A stretch of DNA of 64,000 nt from Anaerolineae bacterium (lineage in GTDB: Bacteria; Chloroflexota; Anaerolineae; J036; Brachytrichaceae): assembly GCA_023511655.1 (NCBI GenBank), contig JAIMBB010000002.1, forward strand, positions 928-64,927, read 5' to 3'. This document shows positions 10,025 to 18,067 of the stretch, piece after piece (positions within the stretch are counted from its first letter, which is position 1; each line of letters opens with the position of its first letter). The translations under genes and the position numbers were made by a program. The notes beneath the pieces are model-generated. The model made no database searches and had not been told where the DNA came from. It saw nothing but the letters and a program-made list of their open reading frames with translations.

Positions 10025-10562
10025 TTTCAAACCGCTGCACCGGTCCCTCCCATCGCTCGTTATCCACCACGATCTCTTCGAAGCGGCCGCCGGTGTATCG
10101 GCCGATCACTTTGCGCCAGAATGCCTGCGCGTCTTTGTTCTCGGGAATCTCGCCCACCTCCCACGTGCCGGGGAAGCGGGCGAACAACTGCGTCGCGAAC
10201 CACTCGCCGATGCCTTTGCCGCGATACTTGCGCAGGATGAAGAACTCGCCCATCAGCCAGTGATGATCCCGCTTCGGCCGGATGTAGCTCCCTTCCTCCA
10301 CCCAGGCAAAGCCCGCGAATCTACCATCGGCGCGCAGCAGGAATGGGTGAAAGGTGTCACCATAGCGGTCCCACCAACCGAGCAGAAAGTCATCCTCGGT
10401 GAACATGCCGCGCTCGTTCACGTCCGACTGCGTCATCGGGCTGAAGTCGTGCGCGTATAACTCGAACAGGTGTCGCAACACGGCCCGATGATGCGGCCCG
10501 GCTTCAACGATCTCTAGATTATTCATGTTGCCGAAGGGACGCCGGGTGAGCGTTGTCGTCAT
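10008..10562 (-). CDS. GNAT-family N-acetyltransferase
   Basis: 184 aa. Acetyl-CoA binding motif RKYRGKGIG. The start overlaps the upstream stop (ATGA at 10559-10562). Confidence 0.8.
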   Translation of the reverse strand: MTTTLTRRPFGNMNNLEIVEAGPHHRAVLRHLFELYAHDFSPMTQSDVNERGMFTEDDFLLGWWDRYGDTFHPFLLRADGRFAGFAWVEEGSYIRPKRDHHWLMGEFFILRKYRGKGIGEWFATQLFARFPGTWEVGEIPENKDAQAFWRKVIGRYTGGRFEEIVVDNERWEGPVQRFESRAGR

Positions 10563-11596
10563 GGTTCAATCGCCTTGCGATAGGTGGTGTAGCGCTTGGC
10601 CACGCGGAAACCGCACGCCTCGTATACACGCAACGCACCGGTGAGGTTCTCGGCATCCACGCTCAGCGCCGCCTCGGTCATGCCCAGGTCCTTGTGCATC
10701 TGCAGGCTGAGGGCGATGAGCGCCCGCGCCAACCCACGCTTGCGATACGGCCGCCGCACGAAGATGCCTTCGGTGTAACCGCGCTTGCGGTTGTACTTGG
10801 CGTTCTCGTCCTCGTTGATGAAGTTCTCGACCGCGCCGGCGATCTCGTTCTTCTCGACGTCCCACGCCACCCGAAACAACTCCGGGCGGAACCACTTCCA
10901 CTCGATCCAACCTTGAAAGTGCGCCTCGGTCGGCTCCGAGAACCCCCAGTGGTCGCGAAAGGCCTCGACGTCGGCCTCGAACAGGGCGCGCCACTGATCG
11001 GGCTGCACCGGCCGCACCTCGAAGCCCTCCGGCAGCGGGAAGCGCGGGATGTCGTCCTGCCCCGCGACCAGCGGACGCGTCATTTCGAAGCTGTAACGCA
11101 CCGGGGCGTAGCCTTCGCTCGTCAACAGCTTCTCGGTAGCGACCTCGGTGTCTGCCGCCCAGGTCTGGAAGAAGCGCGGCGCGTCGGCCGGATGGCCTTG
11201 TTCGCCGATGACCTCGCGGATGCGGCGCTGCATGTGATGCAGCAATGCGCGCCCGATGCCGCGCCGACGCCACTTCGGCGACACGCGCCCGGAGTGGCCA
11301 TAGATGTAATAGCCGGTCGCTTCCTCGCGCCGCCACCAGTTGCGGCATGTGGCGATCAACTCGCCGGCCGCGTCCTCAACGAACAACATGTCTTTGTGCG
11401 GATCACAGTTGGTCATATGCGCAAACCAGTTCGCCAGTTCCTCCGGCGTGGTCGCGTCATCCACCTGATCGGCATCGGCGCATGCCTGGTCCAATGCCGC
11501 CATGCGCGGGAAATCGCTCTCGCCGCGGAAGCGGCGGAAGGTCAGCCCGTGGATTGCCGGCGCATCGGCCAGCAGGATTTCGTTCACGGTCGTCAT
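10559..11596 (-). CDS. Tandem-GNAT acetyltransferase (MshD-like two-domain architecture)
   Basis: 345 aa with two GNAT cores (WRRRGIGRALL and YRKRGLARALI). Confidence 0.8.
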   Translation of the reverse strand: MTTVNEILLADAPAIHGLTFRRFRGESDFPRMAALDQACADADQVDDATTPEELANWFAHMTNCDPHKDMLFVEDAAGELIATCRNWWRREEATGYYIYGHSGRVSPKWRRRGIGRALLHHMQRRIREVIGEQGHPADAPRFFQTWAADTEVATEKLLTSEGYAPVRYSFEMTRPLVAGQDDIPRFPLPEGFEVRPVQPDQWRALFEADVEAFRDHWGFSEPTEAHFQGWIEWKWFRPELFRVAWDVEKNEIAGAVENFINEDENAKYNRKRGYTEGIFVRRPYRKRGLARALIALSLQMHKDLGMTEAALSVDAENLTGALRVYEACGFRVAKRYTTYRKAIEP

Positions 11597-11671
11597 GTCA
11601 CATTCCTCACATCGTCAATTGCCGCATTCGAGATGCCCGCGAAGACGGGCTTGCCGATGCGGATGGGCAGC

Positions 11672-13753
11672 CTACGCTGCCACTGCTTCCCACCGCCTCA
11701 TCGCCTCGTCCAGCTCGCGCTGGGCAAGGGCGTATTCGATGCTCAGTCCGCGCGCCTCGTCGCTGCCCTTCGCGCTCTGCATCGCCTCGCACAGCGCCTT
11801 CAACTTCGACTCGAGCGCTGCGATGTGCGCTTCCAATTCGGCAATCTGTTGCTGACGTTTCCTCTCGGCGTTCTTGTTCGACCTGTCATTCCGACCCTGA
11901 GCCTGCCGAAGGGGAGGAACCTCTGCTTCGGCCGTTGCGCGCTTCGTCACGCGCGCGCTTTCACCCCTACCCTCTTTCCCTTCGCTTCGCCGCGAGGACG
12001 TGCTGCCCCCAAGGGGAGAGGGAGCAGATGCCCGCCACTTCACCCACTCGGCGTAAGTGCCGCGGAAGACGTGCAGCCTGCCACCCTCGATCTGCCAGAT
12101 CTGCGTGGCCAGCCTGCTGATGAGGTAGCGGTCGTGTGAGACCAGCAGAATCGTGCCGTCGTAGCCTTCGAGCGCAGCCTGGAGTTCCTCCTGTGCCATG
12201 ATGTCGAGATGGTTGGTTGGCTCGTCGAGCACCAGGAAGTTCGCGCCCGTGAGCTGCAGGATCGCCAGTGCCAGCCGCGCTCGCTCGCCGCCGCTCAAGC
12301 CGGCGATGGGCTTGAAGGCATCGTCGTTCATGAACAGGAATTGCGCCAGGTAATGGCGCGCTTCGCCGTCGCTCATGCGTTTATGCTTTTGTACCTCTTC
12401 GATCACCCGCGCGTGCTCATCCAACTCGTCGTGCGCCTGAGCGAAGTAGCCGACTTCCACGCTTGGGCCCAACTCGACCTCGCCCTTCAACGGCGGAATC
12501 GTCCCCAGCGCAGTGCGGACGAACGTGGTCTTGCCCGCACCGTTCGGGCCGATCAGCGCGACGCGATCGCGCCAGCGCAGCTCCACATCTCCGCAATCGA
12601 ACAGCGTGTTGCCCGGATAACCCACAATGAGCTTCTTCGTCCGCAGCACCACCTCGCTGCCGCGTTTCTCGCTGTCGAGCGCGAGCTTCAAACGGGCCGG
12701 CCGAGACGGTGGGCGCAGCGCACGCACACGGCGCTCCGCTTCCTCGTAGGTGAAGGGGAACGGCACGTACACCTGCTCGGCGATGGCGCTCCAGCGCTCG
12801 TTCACCAACGCCTCCGCGCCCAGTTGCTCGACAGCGACGATTTCCTTCGTCATCCGGCGCAGCTTGCCCTTGGCCCACGTCACCGATTTATCGCCGTTGC
12901 CGCCTTTCAGGTTGTCCAGGTCGCGTTTGATGATGCGCAATTCGTTCTCGAAGTTCGCCTTGACCTGGTTAAAGACGAACAAGCTGCGCTGGAATCGCTC
13001 CTCGCGTTGCTGCGCATACGCCGTGTAGTTGCCACGATAGATTTCGACCTTGCTCCGGCTCATCTCCCAGATGTGGTTGACCACGCGATCGAGGAAATAG
13101 CGATCGTGCGAGCAGATCAGCAGCGCGCCGCTCCATGCGATCAACGTCTTCTCCAACCACTCCAACGCGTCCACGTCGAGATGATTCGTTGGCTCGTCGA
13201 GGATGAGCAGATCGGGCTGTTCAAGCAGCAACCGCGCCAGCAGCGCGCGCGTCTTCTGCCCGCCGCTGAGGTGGGCGACGGGCATGTCCCAGTCGGCGCG
13301 GTTGAAGCCCACCCCATCGAGCACCTGGGTGATGCGCGTTTCGATCTCATAGCCCCCGCCGTGTGCGAATCGCTCTTGTAGGTCGCCATACTCGCGCATC
13401 GCATCGGCGTCGCCATTCGCCATCGCGCGCTCCAGCTCGCGCATGCGCACCTCGATGGCGTGCAGGTGTGCGAATGCACCCAACATCTCGGCGTGCAGCG
13501 AGTGCTCGCGGCCGGCGAAGGCATCCATCGCCTCTTGCGGCAAGTAGCCGACGCGTTTGTACCTGGCCAGGCGCACACTGCCGGAAGTCGGCTTGTCCAC
13601 GCCGGCCAGCACGCGCAGCAGCGTCGTCTTGCCGATGCCATTCGGACCGATCAACCCGATCTTGGCATCAGGGGCGATGCTCACACTGATGCCGGCGAAG
13701 ACATCGGTGAAGCCTTGCGATTGGCTGAGGTCGGTTGCAGTCAGCATAGACAT
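11672..13753 (-). CDS. ABC-F family ATPase (soluble, two NBDs, long linker, C-terminal coiled coil)
   Basis: 693 aa. Walker A GPNGIGKT and GPNGAGKT, signatures LSGGQKT and LSGGERA, no TM segments, C-terminal heptad-like tail. GGAAGGAGGG SD before ATG 13753. Confidence 0.9.
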   Translation of the reverse strand: MSMLTATDLSQSQGFTDVFAGISVSIAPDAKIGLIGPNGIGKTTLLRVLAGVDKPTSGSVRLARYKRVGYLPQEAMDAFAGREHSLHAEMLGAFAHLHAIEVRMRELERAMANGDADAMREYGDLQERFAHGGGYEIETRITQVLDGVGFNRADWDMPVAHLSGGQKTRALLARLLLEQPDLLILDEPTNHLDVDALEWLEKTLIAWSGALLICSHDRYFLDRVVNHIWEMSRSKVEIYRGNYTAYAQQREERFQRSLFVFNQVKANFENELRIIKRDLDNLKGGNGDKSVTWAKGKLRRMTKEIVAVEQLGAEALVNERWSAIAEQVYVPFPFTYEEAERRVRALRPPSRPARLKLALDSEKRGSEVVLRTKKLIVGYPGNTLFDCGDVELRWRDRVALIGPNGAGKTTFVRTALGTIPPLKGEVELGPSVEVGYFAQAHDELDEHARVIEEVQKHKRMSDGEARHYLAQFLFMNDDAFKPIAGLSGGERARLALAILQLTGANFLVLDEPTNHLDIMAQEELQAALEGYDGTILLVSHDRYLISRLATQIWQIEGGRLHVFRGTYAEWVKWRASAPSPLGGSTSSRRSEGKEGRGESARVTKRATAEAEVPPLRQAQGRNDRSNKNAERKRQQQIAELEAHIAALESKLKALCEAMQSAKGSDEARGLSIEYALAQRELDEAMRRWEAVAA

Positions 13754-13784
13754 AGCGGTGGCCCTCCTTCCATCTCGGAACCGG

Positions 13785-13940
13785 TCAGATCAACAACACC
13801 TCTTCGTCTTTTGCGCCCTTGCGCGCAGCGCGATCTCTTTGCTTTACATTCGCCGCGCCGCTGCGTCGAATCGTTATCGCAGCGATCACGATGGTGACAA
13901 AAGACACTACCGCGATAGCTGCACCAATTACCCATTCCAT
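13785..13940 (-). CDS. Small single-pass membrane protein (51 aa), hypothetical
   Basis: GGAGA SD 7 nt upstream of ATG 13940. Sequence MEWVIGAAIAVVSFVTIVIAAITIRRSG... is one TM helix plus a basic tail. It fills the gap between the exporter and the ABC-F gene. Confidence 0.35.
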   Translation of the reverse strand: MEWVIGAAIAVVSFVTIVIAAITIRRSGAANVKQRDRAARKGAKDEEVLLI

Positions 13941-14022
13941 CGTTGCGTCTCCACGTCGGCGAGCAACTGCCTGGGGCGTTACCACAAGCCAAGGCCGCCG
14001 CATCCCGGCCCGCTCAAGCCGT

Positions 14023-15900
14023 TCAGGCAAGAACCGCCGCTCCTCTGTCCACATCCTTCCCTTTCATCAGCGCGTCCTCGTCAATCACATCCGCACCGCG
14101 CGCTTCCTGGTCACGGAATTGCAGGTTGTACAGGGCGCGATATTCGCCATTCAGCGCATACAGTTGCTCGTGCGTGCCCTCCTCGGCAACGCGCCCGTCC
14201 TTGAGCACGACGATCTTGTCTGCGTTCTTCACCGTGCTCAGCCGCTGTGCGATGACGATGCTGGTGCGGCCCTTCATCACTTGGGCCATCGCCTGCTGGA
14301 TCACTGTCTCGGTCTGCGTGTCCACCGCGCTGGTCGCTTCGTCCAGGATCAGGATGCTCGGGTTCATCAGCACGGCGCGCGCCAGCGCCACGCGCTGTCT
14401 CTGTCCGCCGCTTAATCCGACGCCGCGCTCGCCAACGACGGTGTCGTAGCCCTTGGGCAGTTTTTCGGCGAACTCGTGCACCTGAGCTATCTTGGCCGCG
14501 GCGATCACCTCGTCGTCGGTCGCGTCCGGCTTGCCGAAACGGATGTTGTCTTTCAGCGATGCGCTGAACAAGAAGGTTTCCTGGGGCACGATGGCCATGC
14601 GGCTGCGCAGGTCGGCCAGCCGATACTCCCGCACATCCACGCCATCCACCAGCACGCGCCCGCTGTTCACGTCGTAGAAACGGGGCACGAGGTTGATAAC
14701 CGACGATTTGCCGCTGCCCGTCCCGCCGAGGATGACTACCGTTTGTCCCGGCTCCACCGTCAAGTTCAGCCCGCACAACACGCTCGTATCTGGATCGTCG
14801 GGGTAGCTGAAACAGACGTTGTCGAATTCGACGCGCCCGACTTGATGACCTGACGACCTGATGACTTGCGATCCGGTCATCATGTCGTCAGGTCGGTCGG
14901 GTCGGTCAGGTTGGTCAAGTCGGTCAGGTCGCGCTGGATCACGAATCGTCTCCTCCGCATCGGCGATCTCGAACAGGCGCTTGGCCGACGCAACGGCCTG
15001 CCGCGAGATGCTGATGAACCAGCCCATCAGCCGGATCGGCCAGATCAGCGACCAGATGTACCAGGTGAAAGCTGTGAACACGCCGAGCGTGAGCGCGCCG
15101 TTCACGATTTGCAACGAACCGACCAGGATCAACAGCAGGAACGACACGCCGCTGATGAAGTCCATGGCGGGGAAGGCGTTGGCCTCCAGCCGTCCGCGCT
15201 CGATGTTCTTCTGTCGATTGAGCGCGTTTTCGCGGGCGAACTGCATCACCGCGTAGGGTTCGCGCCCAAAGGCCTTCACCACCCGAACGCCGCTCACGTT
15301 CTCTTGCAGCACGCTGGTCAACCGGCCCATCTGCTCGCGCACGGCGTCCCAGGCCGGGTCGAGCCGCAGGCGAAAGCGGGCGATCGGGAAGTACATCAGC
15401 AGCATCGGCGCCAGCACGATCAGCGTCAGCTTCCAGTCCAGGCTGAGCAGCACGACCAGCGTGAAGGCGAAAGTGCTAATCTCGGTGACCATGGCCGTGA
15501 AGCCGAAGGCCACGAACTGCTCGATGCCGTCCATGTCGCTCAGCATCCGGCTCATGATCTGGCCGGTCGGCATGGTGGTGTAGTACGAGAACGGCTGGTA
15601 TTGCAACTTGCGGTACAGGCTGTTGCGCAAATCGCGCACCACGTCGGTGCCGATCATGCCCTGATACACGCCCTGGAGGTAGAAGAACAGGCTGCGTAGC
15701 GCAGCGACGCCTACCAGCACCAGGCACCAGAACAGCGTGGCTTGCAGGTCAAGCGCGATCACGCCTTGGTCCACCGCAAAGCCGAGCAATTGCGGCACCA
15801 TTAGGTTGGTGACCAGGGCGCCGATGGTGAACACCAGCACCCATACGATGCGCCGGCGGTAAGGGCGCGCGAAAGGCAGCAGGCGTTTCAAGTATTCCAT
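14023..15900 (-). CDS. ABC exporter, fused permease/ATPase half-transporter (carries an in-frame repeat insertion)
   Basis: 625 aa. Six-TM domain, Walker A GGTGSGKS, signature LSGGQRQ, Walker B ILILDEATS. Confidence 0.9.
   Translation of the reverse strand: MEYLKRLLPFARPYRRRIVWVLVFTIGALVTNLMVPQLLGFAVDQGVIALDLQATLFWCLVLVGVAALRSLFFYLQGVYQGMIGTDVVRDLRNSLYRKLQYQPFSYYTTMPTGQIMSRMLSDMDGIEQFVAFGFTAMVTEISTFAFTLVVLLSLDWKLTLIVLAPMLLMYFPIARFRLRLDPAWDAVREQMGRLTSVLQENVSGVRVVKAFGREPYAVMQFARENALNRQKNIERGRLEANAFPAMDFISGVSFLLLILVGSLQIVNGALTLGVFTAFTWYIWSLIWPIRLMGWFISISRQAVASAKRLFEIADAEETIRDPARPDRLDQPDRPDRPDDMMTGSQVIRSSGHQVGRVEFDNVCFSYPDDPDTSVLCGLNLTVEPGQTVVILGGTGSGKSSVINLVPRFYDVNSGRVLVDGVDVREYRLADLRSRMAIVPQETFLFSASLKDNIRFGKPDATDDEVIAAAKIAQVHEFAEKLPKGYDTVVGERGVGLSGGQRQRVALARAVLMNPSILILDEATSAVDTQTETVIQQAMAQVMKGRTSIVIAQRLSTVKNADKIVVLKDGRVAEEGTHEQLYALNGEYRALYNLQFRDQEARGADVIDEDALMKGKDVDRGAAVLA
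14836..14930. repeat. Octamer/nonamer tandem-repeat block inside the ABC exporter CDS
   Basis: TGAYGACC units followed by GTCRTCA and GTCGGTCAG units. These are the same families as 9871-10024. The block encodes RPDRLDQPDRPDRPDDMMTGSQVIRSSGHQV in the TMD-NBD linker. Confidence 0.85.
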
Positions 15901-16016
15901 TTCAGGTTGTGAACGTCGTTTGGTTGAAAGATTCCGCCGCGGAGGCGGTACGCGAACAAGAGATCGGACAGCACCGGTGAGCCGACCCGCCCGTGGATCG
16001 AAGCAGCCGAAGGGGA

Positions 16017-16052
16017 CAACGAAAAGCCACAGGCGGGGACTGCGCCTGTGGC
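16017..16052 (-). terminator. Intrinsic terminator
   Basis: Minus-strand RNA: GCCACAGGCG (16052-16043), a 7-nt loop, CGCCUGUGGC (16035-16026), then UUUUCGUU. Confidence 0.65.
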
Positions 16053-16080
16053 TCGGTTCAGATGGGGAGGCTTGATTTTC

Positions 16081-16179
16081 TCAGCGCATCACCAACGACG
16101 GGCGGTAGGCGCAGTACGGCAAGGTGAAAGCGGCATCGCCACTCAGCCGGATGCGGATCGGCATGTTCATGCTTGCCAT
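16081..16179 (-). CDS. 32-codon ORF (MASMNMPIRIRLSGDAAFTLPYCAYRPSLVMR), candidate leader peptide or small protein
   Basis: Own promoter and terminator. GGAGG at 16197-16193 (13 nt before ATG 16179). Stop at 16083-16081. Not in the ORF track because it is under 60 aa. Confidence 0.4.
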   Translation of the reverse strand: MASMNMPIRIRLSGDAAFTLPYCAYRPSLVMR

Positions 16180-16239
16180 CGGTTTTTCTGCGCCTCCTCT
16201 ATCGTGATTTGCAGCCGCGCCTTGGGCGCGACGCAAGGC

Positions 16240-16268
16240 ATTCTATCGAATCGGGAGAGGAAAGTCAA
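16240..16268 (-). promoter_or_regulatory. Sigma-70-like promoter TTGACT-17nt-TAGAAT
   Basis: Minus strand: -35 TTGACT (16268-16263), a 17-nt spacer, -10 TAGAAT (16245-16240). A 6-bp 5' hairpin (16230-16216) follows. Confidence 0.5.
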
Positions 16269-16658
16269 TCACCGGAGAAAGCGGAAGCCCGGCAGGCCCA
16301 TCAACCTGGCTCATAAATGAGCCGTGGATTGGACAACATCCTTGATTGAAACGCTGAAGCCAGTTAGCGTTTCGCGGGTCGGAACCCTGCCGCTTGTGCT
16401 TCTTCTGGTGTGCAAAACCGGAGATCGCCATCTGTTCTAACCCATCTCTGAAGAGGCAGTTTTCAGAGTTGGGTGGCATGTCTAGGCGGTAAAAAGGACC
16501 TCCTCATTGGGCTTGTCAATTAGCCAGCTGAACCCGCTCCTCAGCATTGCGTTTGCTCCGAATACCATGTGGATATCACAACCAAAACGAACGCAACCAC
16601 ACAGCCAAAAGAGGCGCCGGCCTGCCGAGAGCAAGCACAATCGTCACATCGCCAGGGC

Positions 16659-17096
16659 TCATTCGCCGATGTCCTCGTTCCACAGATCGGGCCGCGAGGC
16701 GATGAATTCCTCCATCAACTGGATGCAGGTGGGGTCGTTGAGGATGACCAATTCCACCCCCCGGCTGCGCAGATAATCTTCCGGCCCGCGAAAAGTTTTG
16801 TTCTCGCCGATGATGATCTTGGGGATTTTGTAGAGCAGGGCGGTGCCGCTACACATATCGCAGGGCGAGAGCGTGGAATAGAGTATCGCCCGGCGATAGT
16901 CGCTGGCCTTCAGCCGGCCGGCATTCTCGATGCAATCCATCTCAGCATGAAGGATGGCGCTGCCCTTTTGCACGCGCCGGTTGTGCCCGCGCCCAACGAT
17001 GCGCCCATCAATCACCAGCACCGAGCCGATTGGAATGCCGCCCTCGGCCAGGCCGAGCTTGGCTTCTTCGATCGCAGCTTGCATGAATTCGTCCAT
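16659..17096 (-). CDS. Cytosine deaminase, CDA-fold (yeast Fcy1-type)
   Basis: 145 aa. Zinc motifs HAE and PCDMC. End-to-end resemblance to Fcy1 (GGIPIG, GRGHN.R.QKGSA.LH.E, TLSPCDMC.G, C-terminal RP..W.EDIGE). Confidence 0.85.
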   Translation of the reverse strand: MDEFMQAAIEEAKLGLAEGGIPIGSVLVIDGRIVGRGHNRRVQKGSAILHAEMDCIENAGRLKASDYRRAILYSTLSPCDMCSGTALLYKIPKIIIGENKTFRGPEDYLRSRGVELVILNDPTCIQLMEEFIASRPDLWNEDIGE

Positions 17097-17119
17097 AGAT
17101 CTACCTCCTGATCAGGTAA

Positions 17120-18067
17120 TTACTCGCGGCGATAGGGTTTGAGATACGCTCCCGGATACGGCGCGTGGCGACCGGCCACGGCCAGGGCCAGGATGGTGAC
17201 CAGATAGGGCAGAGCCAGCAACACTTCGTAGGGGAGCTGGAAGCCTTGCGTTTGCAGGCGCAGTTGCAAGGCGAACATCCCCCCGAACAGCAACGCCCCG
17301 AACATGGCGCGCAGCGGGTCCCACCGCGCGAAGATCACCAGAGCGATGCACACCCAGCCTCGGCCGGCGACGATGCCCGGCGAAAAGGCACCCAGTTGCG
17401 CCAGCGACAGAAATGCGCCGCCCAGCGCCATCAACACCCCACTGATCGCCAACGCTGCATAGCGGATGCGAAAGACGTTGATCCCCGCCGCATCGGCCGC
17501 TTCGGGATTCTCGCCAACGGCGCGCAACTGCAGCCCAAAGTTCGAGTGATACAGCACCCAGACCGACGCCGGCACCAGCACCAGGAAGGCAAGATAAGTG
17601 AGCAGATACTGATTCAACAACGGGTCGAGGATTGGCGTGCCGGGGAAGGGGTTGAGTTGCGAGAAAGGACTGATACGCGGCAACACAGGCCGTTCGCCGA
17701 AGACCAGTCGGAAGCCAAACATGGCCAGGCCGGTGCACAATAACGTGATGCCCAGGCCAGCCACGTGTTGATTGAGGCCCAACGTTACGCTCAGCAAAGC
17801 CATCAGCAAAGCCATCAACAATCCACTGATCATGGCTGCGACCAGGCCTACCCAAAGGTAGGCTCCCCAGCCGGCGGCCTCGGCTTGCGCTGCGGCTGCA
17901 AATCCCACAAACGCCCCCAAAAACATGACACCTTCGATGCCCAGGTTCAACACGCCGCTGCGCTCGCTGTAGACCTCGCCGATGGTGGCATACAGCAGCG
18001 GCGTAGCCACGCGCAGGGTCGCAGCCAGCAAGCCCACCAGAAACGCTAACAACGACGCCTCGCTCAT
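17120..18067 (-). CDS. ABC transporter permease (BMP/nucleoside-type system)
   Basis: Polytopic membrane protein. Start ATG 18067 overlaps the upstream stop (ATGA). Confidence 0.85.
   Translation of the reverse strand: MSEASLLAFLVGLLAATLRVATPLLYATIGEVYSERSGVLNLGIEGVMFLGAFVGFAAAAQAEAAGWGAYLWVGLVAAMISGLLMALLMALLSVTLGLNQHVAGLGITLLCTGLAMFGFRLVFGERPVLPRISPFSQLNPFPGTPILDPLLNQYLLTYLAFLVLVPASVWVLYHSNFGLQLRAVGENPEAADAAGINVFRIRYAALAISGVLMALGGAFLSLAQLGAFSPGIVAGRGWVCIALVIFARWDPLRAMFGALLFGGMFALQLRLQTQGFQLPYEVLLALPYLVTILALAVAGRHAPYPGAYLKPYRRE

Noticed and set aside
16081-16179. 32-aa peptide as a RiPP or bacteriocin precursor exported by the neighbouring ABC transporters
   Set aside because: The window has no recognisable maturation enzymes (no lasso cyclase/B protein, LanB/C/M, YcaO, radical SAM or C39 peptidase domain on the exporters). 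The terminator-antiterminator complementarity fits a regulatory leader better. The idea is not excluded, only less supported.
16257-16266. GAGGAAAGTC, resembling the conserved P4 GAGGAAAGUCC segment of bacterial RNase P RNA
   Set aside because: None of the other universally conserved RNase P segments (e.g. ACAGAACCCGGCUUA-like 3' P4 strand, the GGUAACGCC loop) is present in the right order or spacing on either strand. The motif overlaps the -35 region of a promoter on the opposite strand.
16243-16479. 78-aa ORF on the minus strand (MPPNSENCLFRDGLEQ...)
   Set aside because: The SD-like GAGGAGG is 19 nt from the ATG. The composition is atypical for coding DNA of this genome, and no domain is recognisable. 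The stop lies within the promoter of the downstream small ORF.
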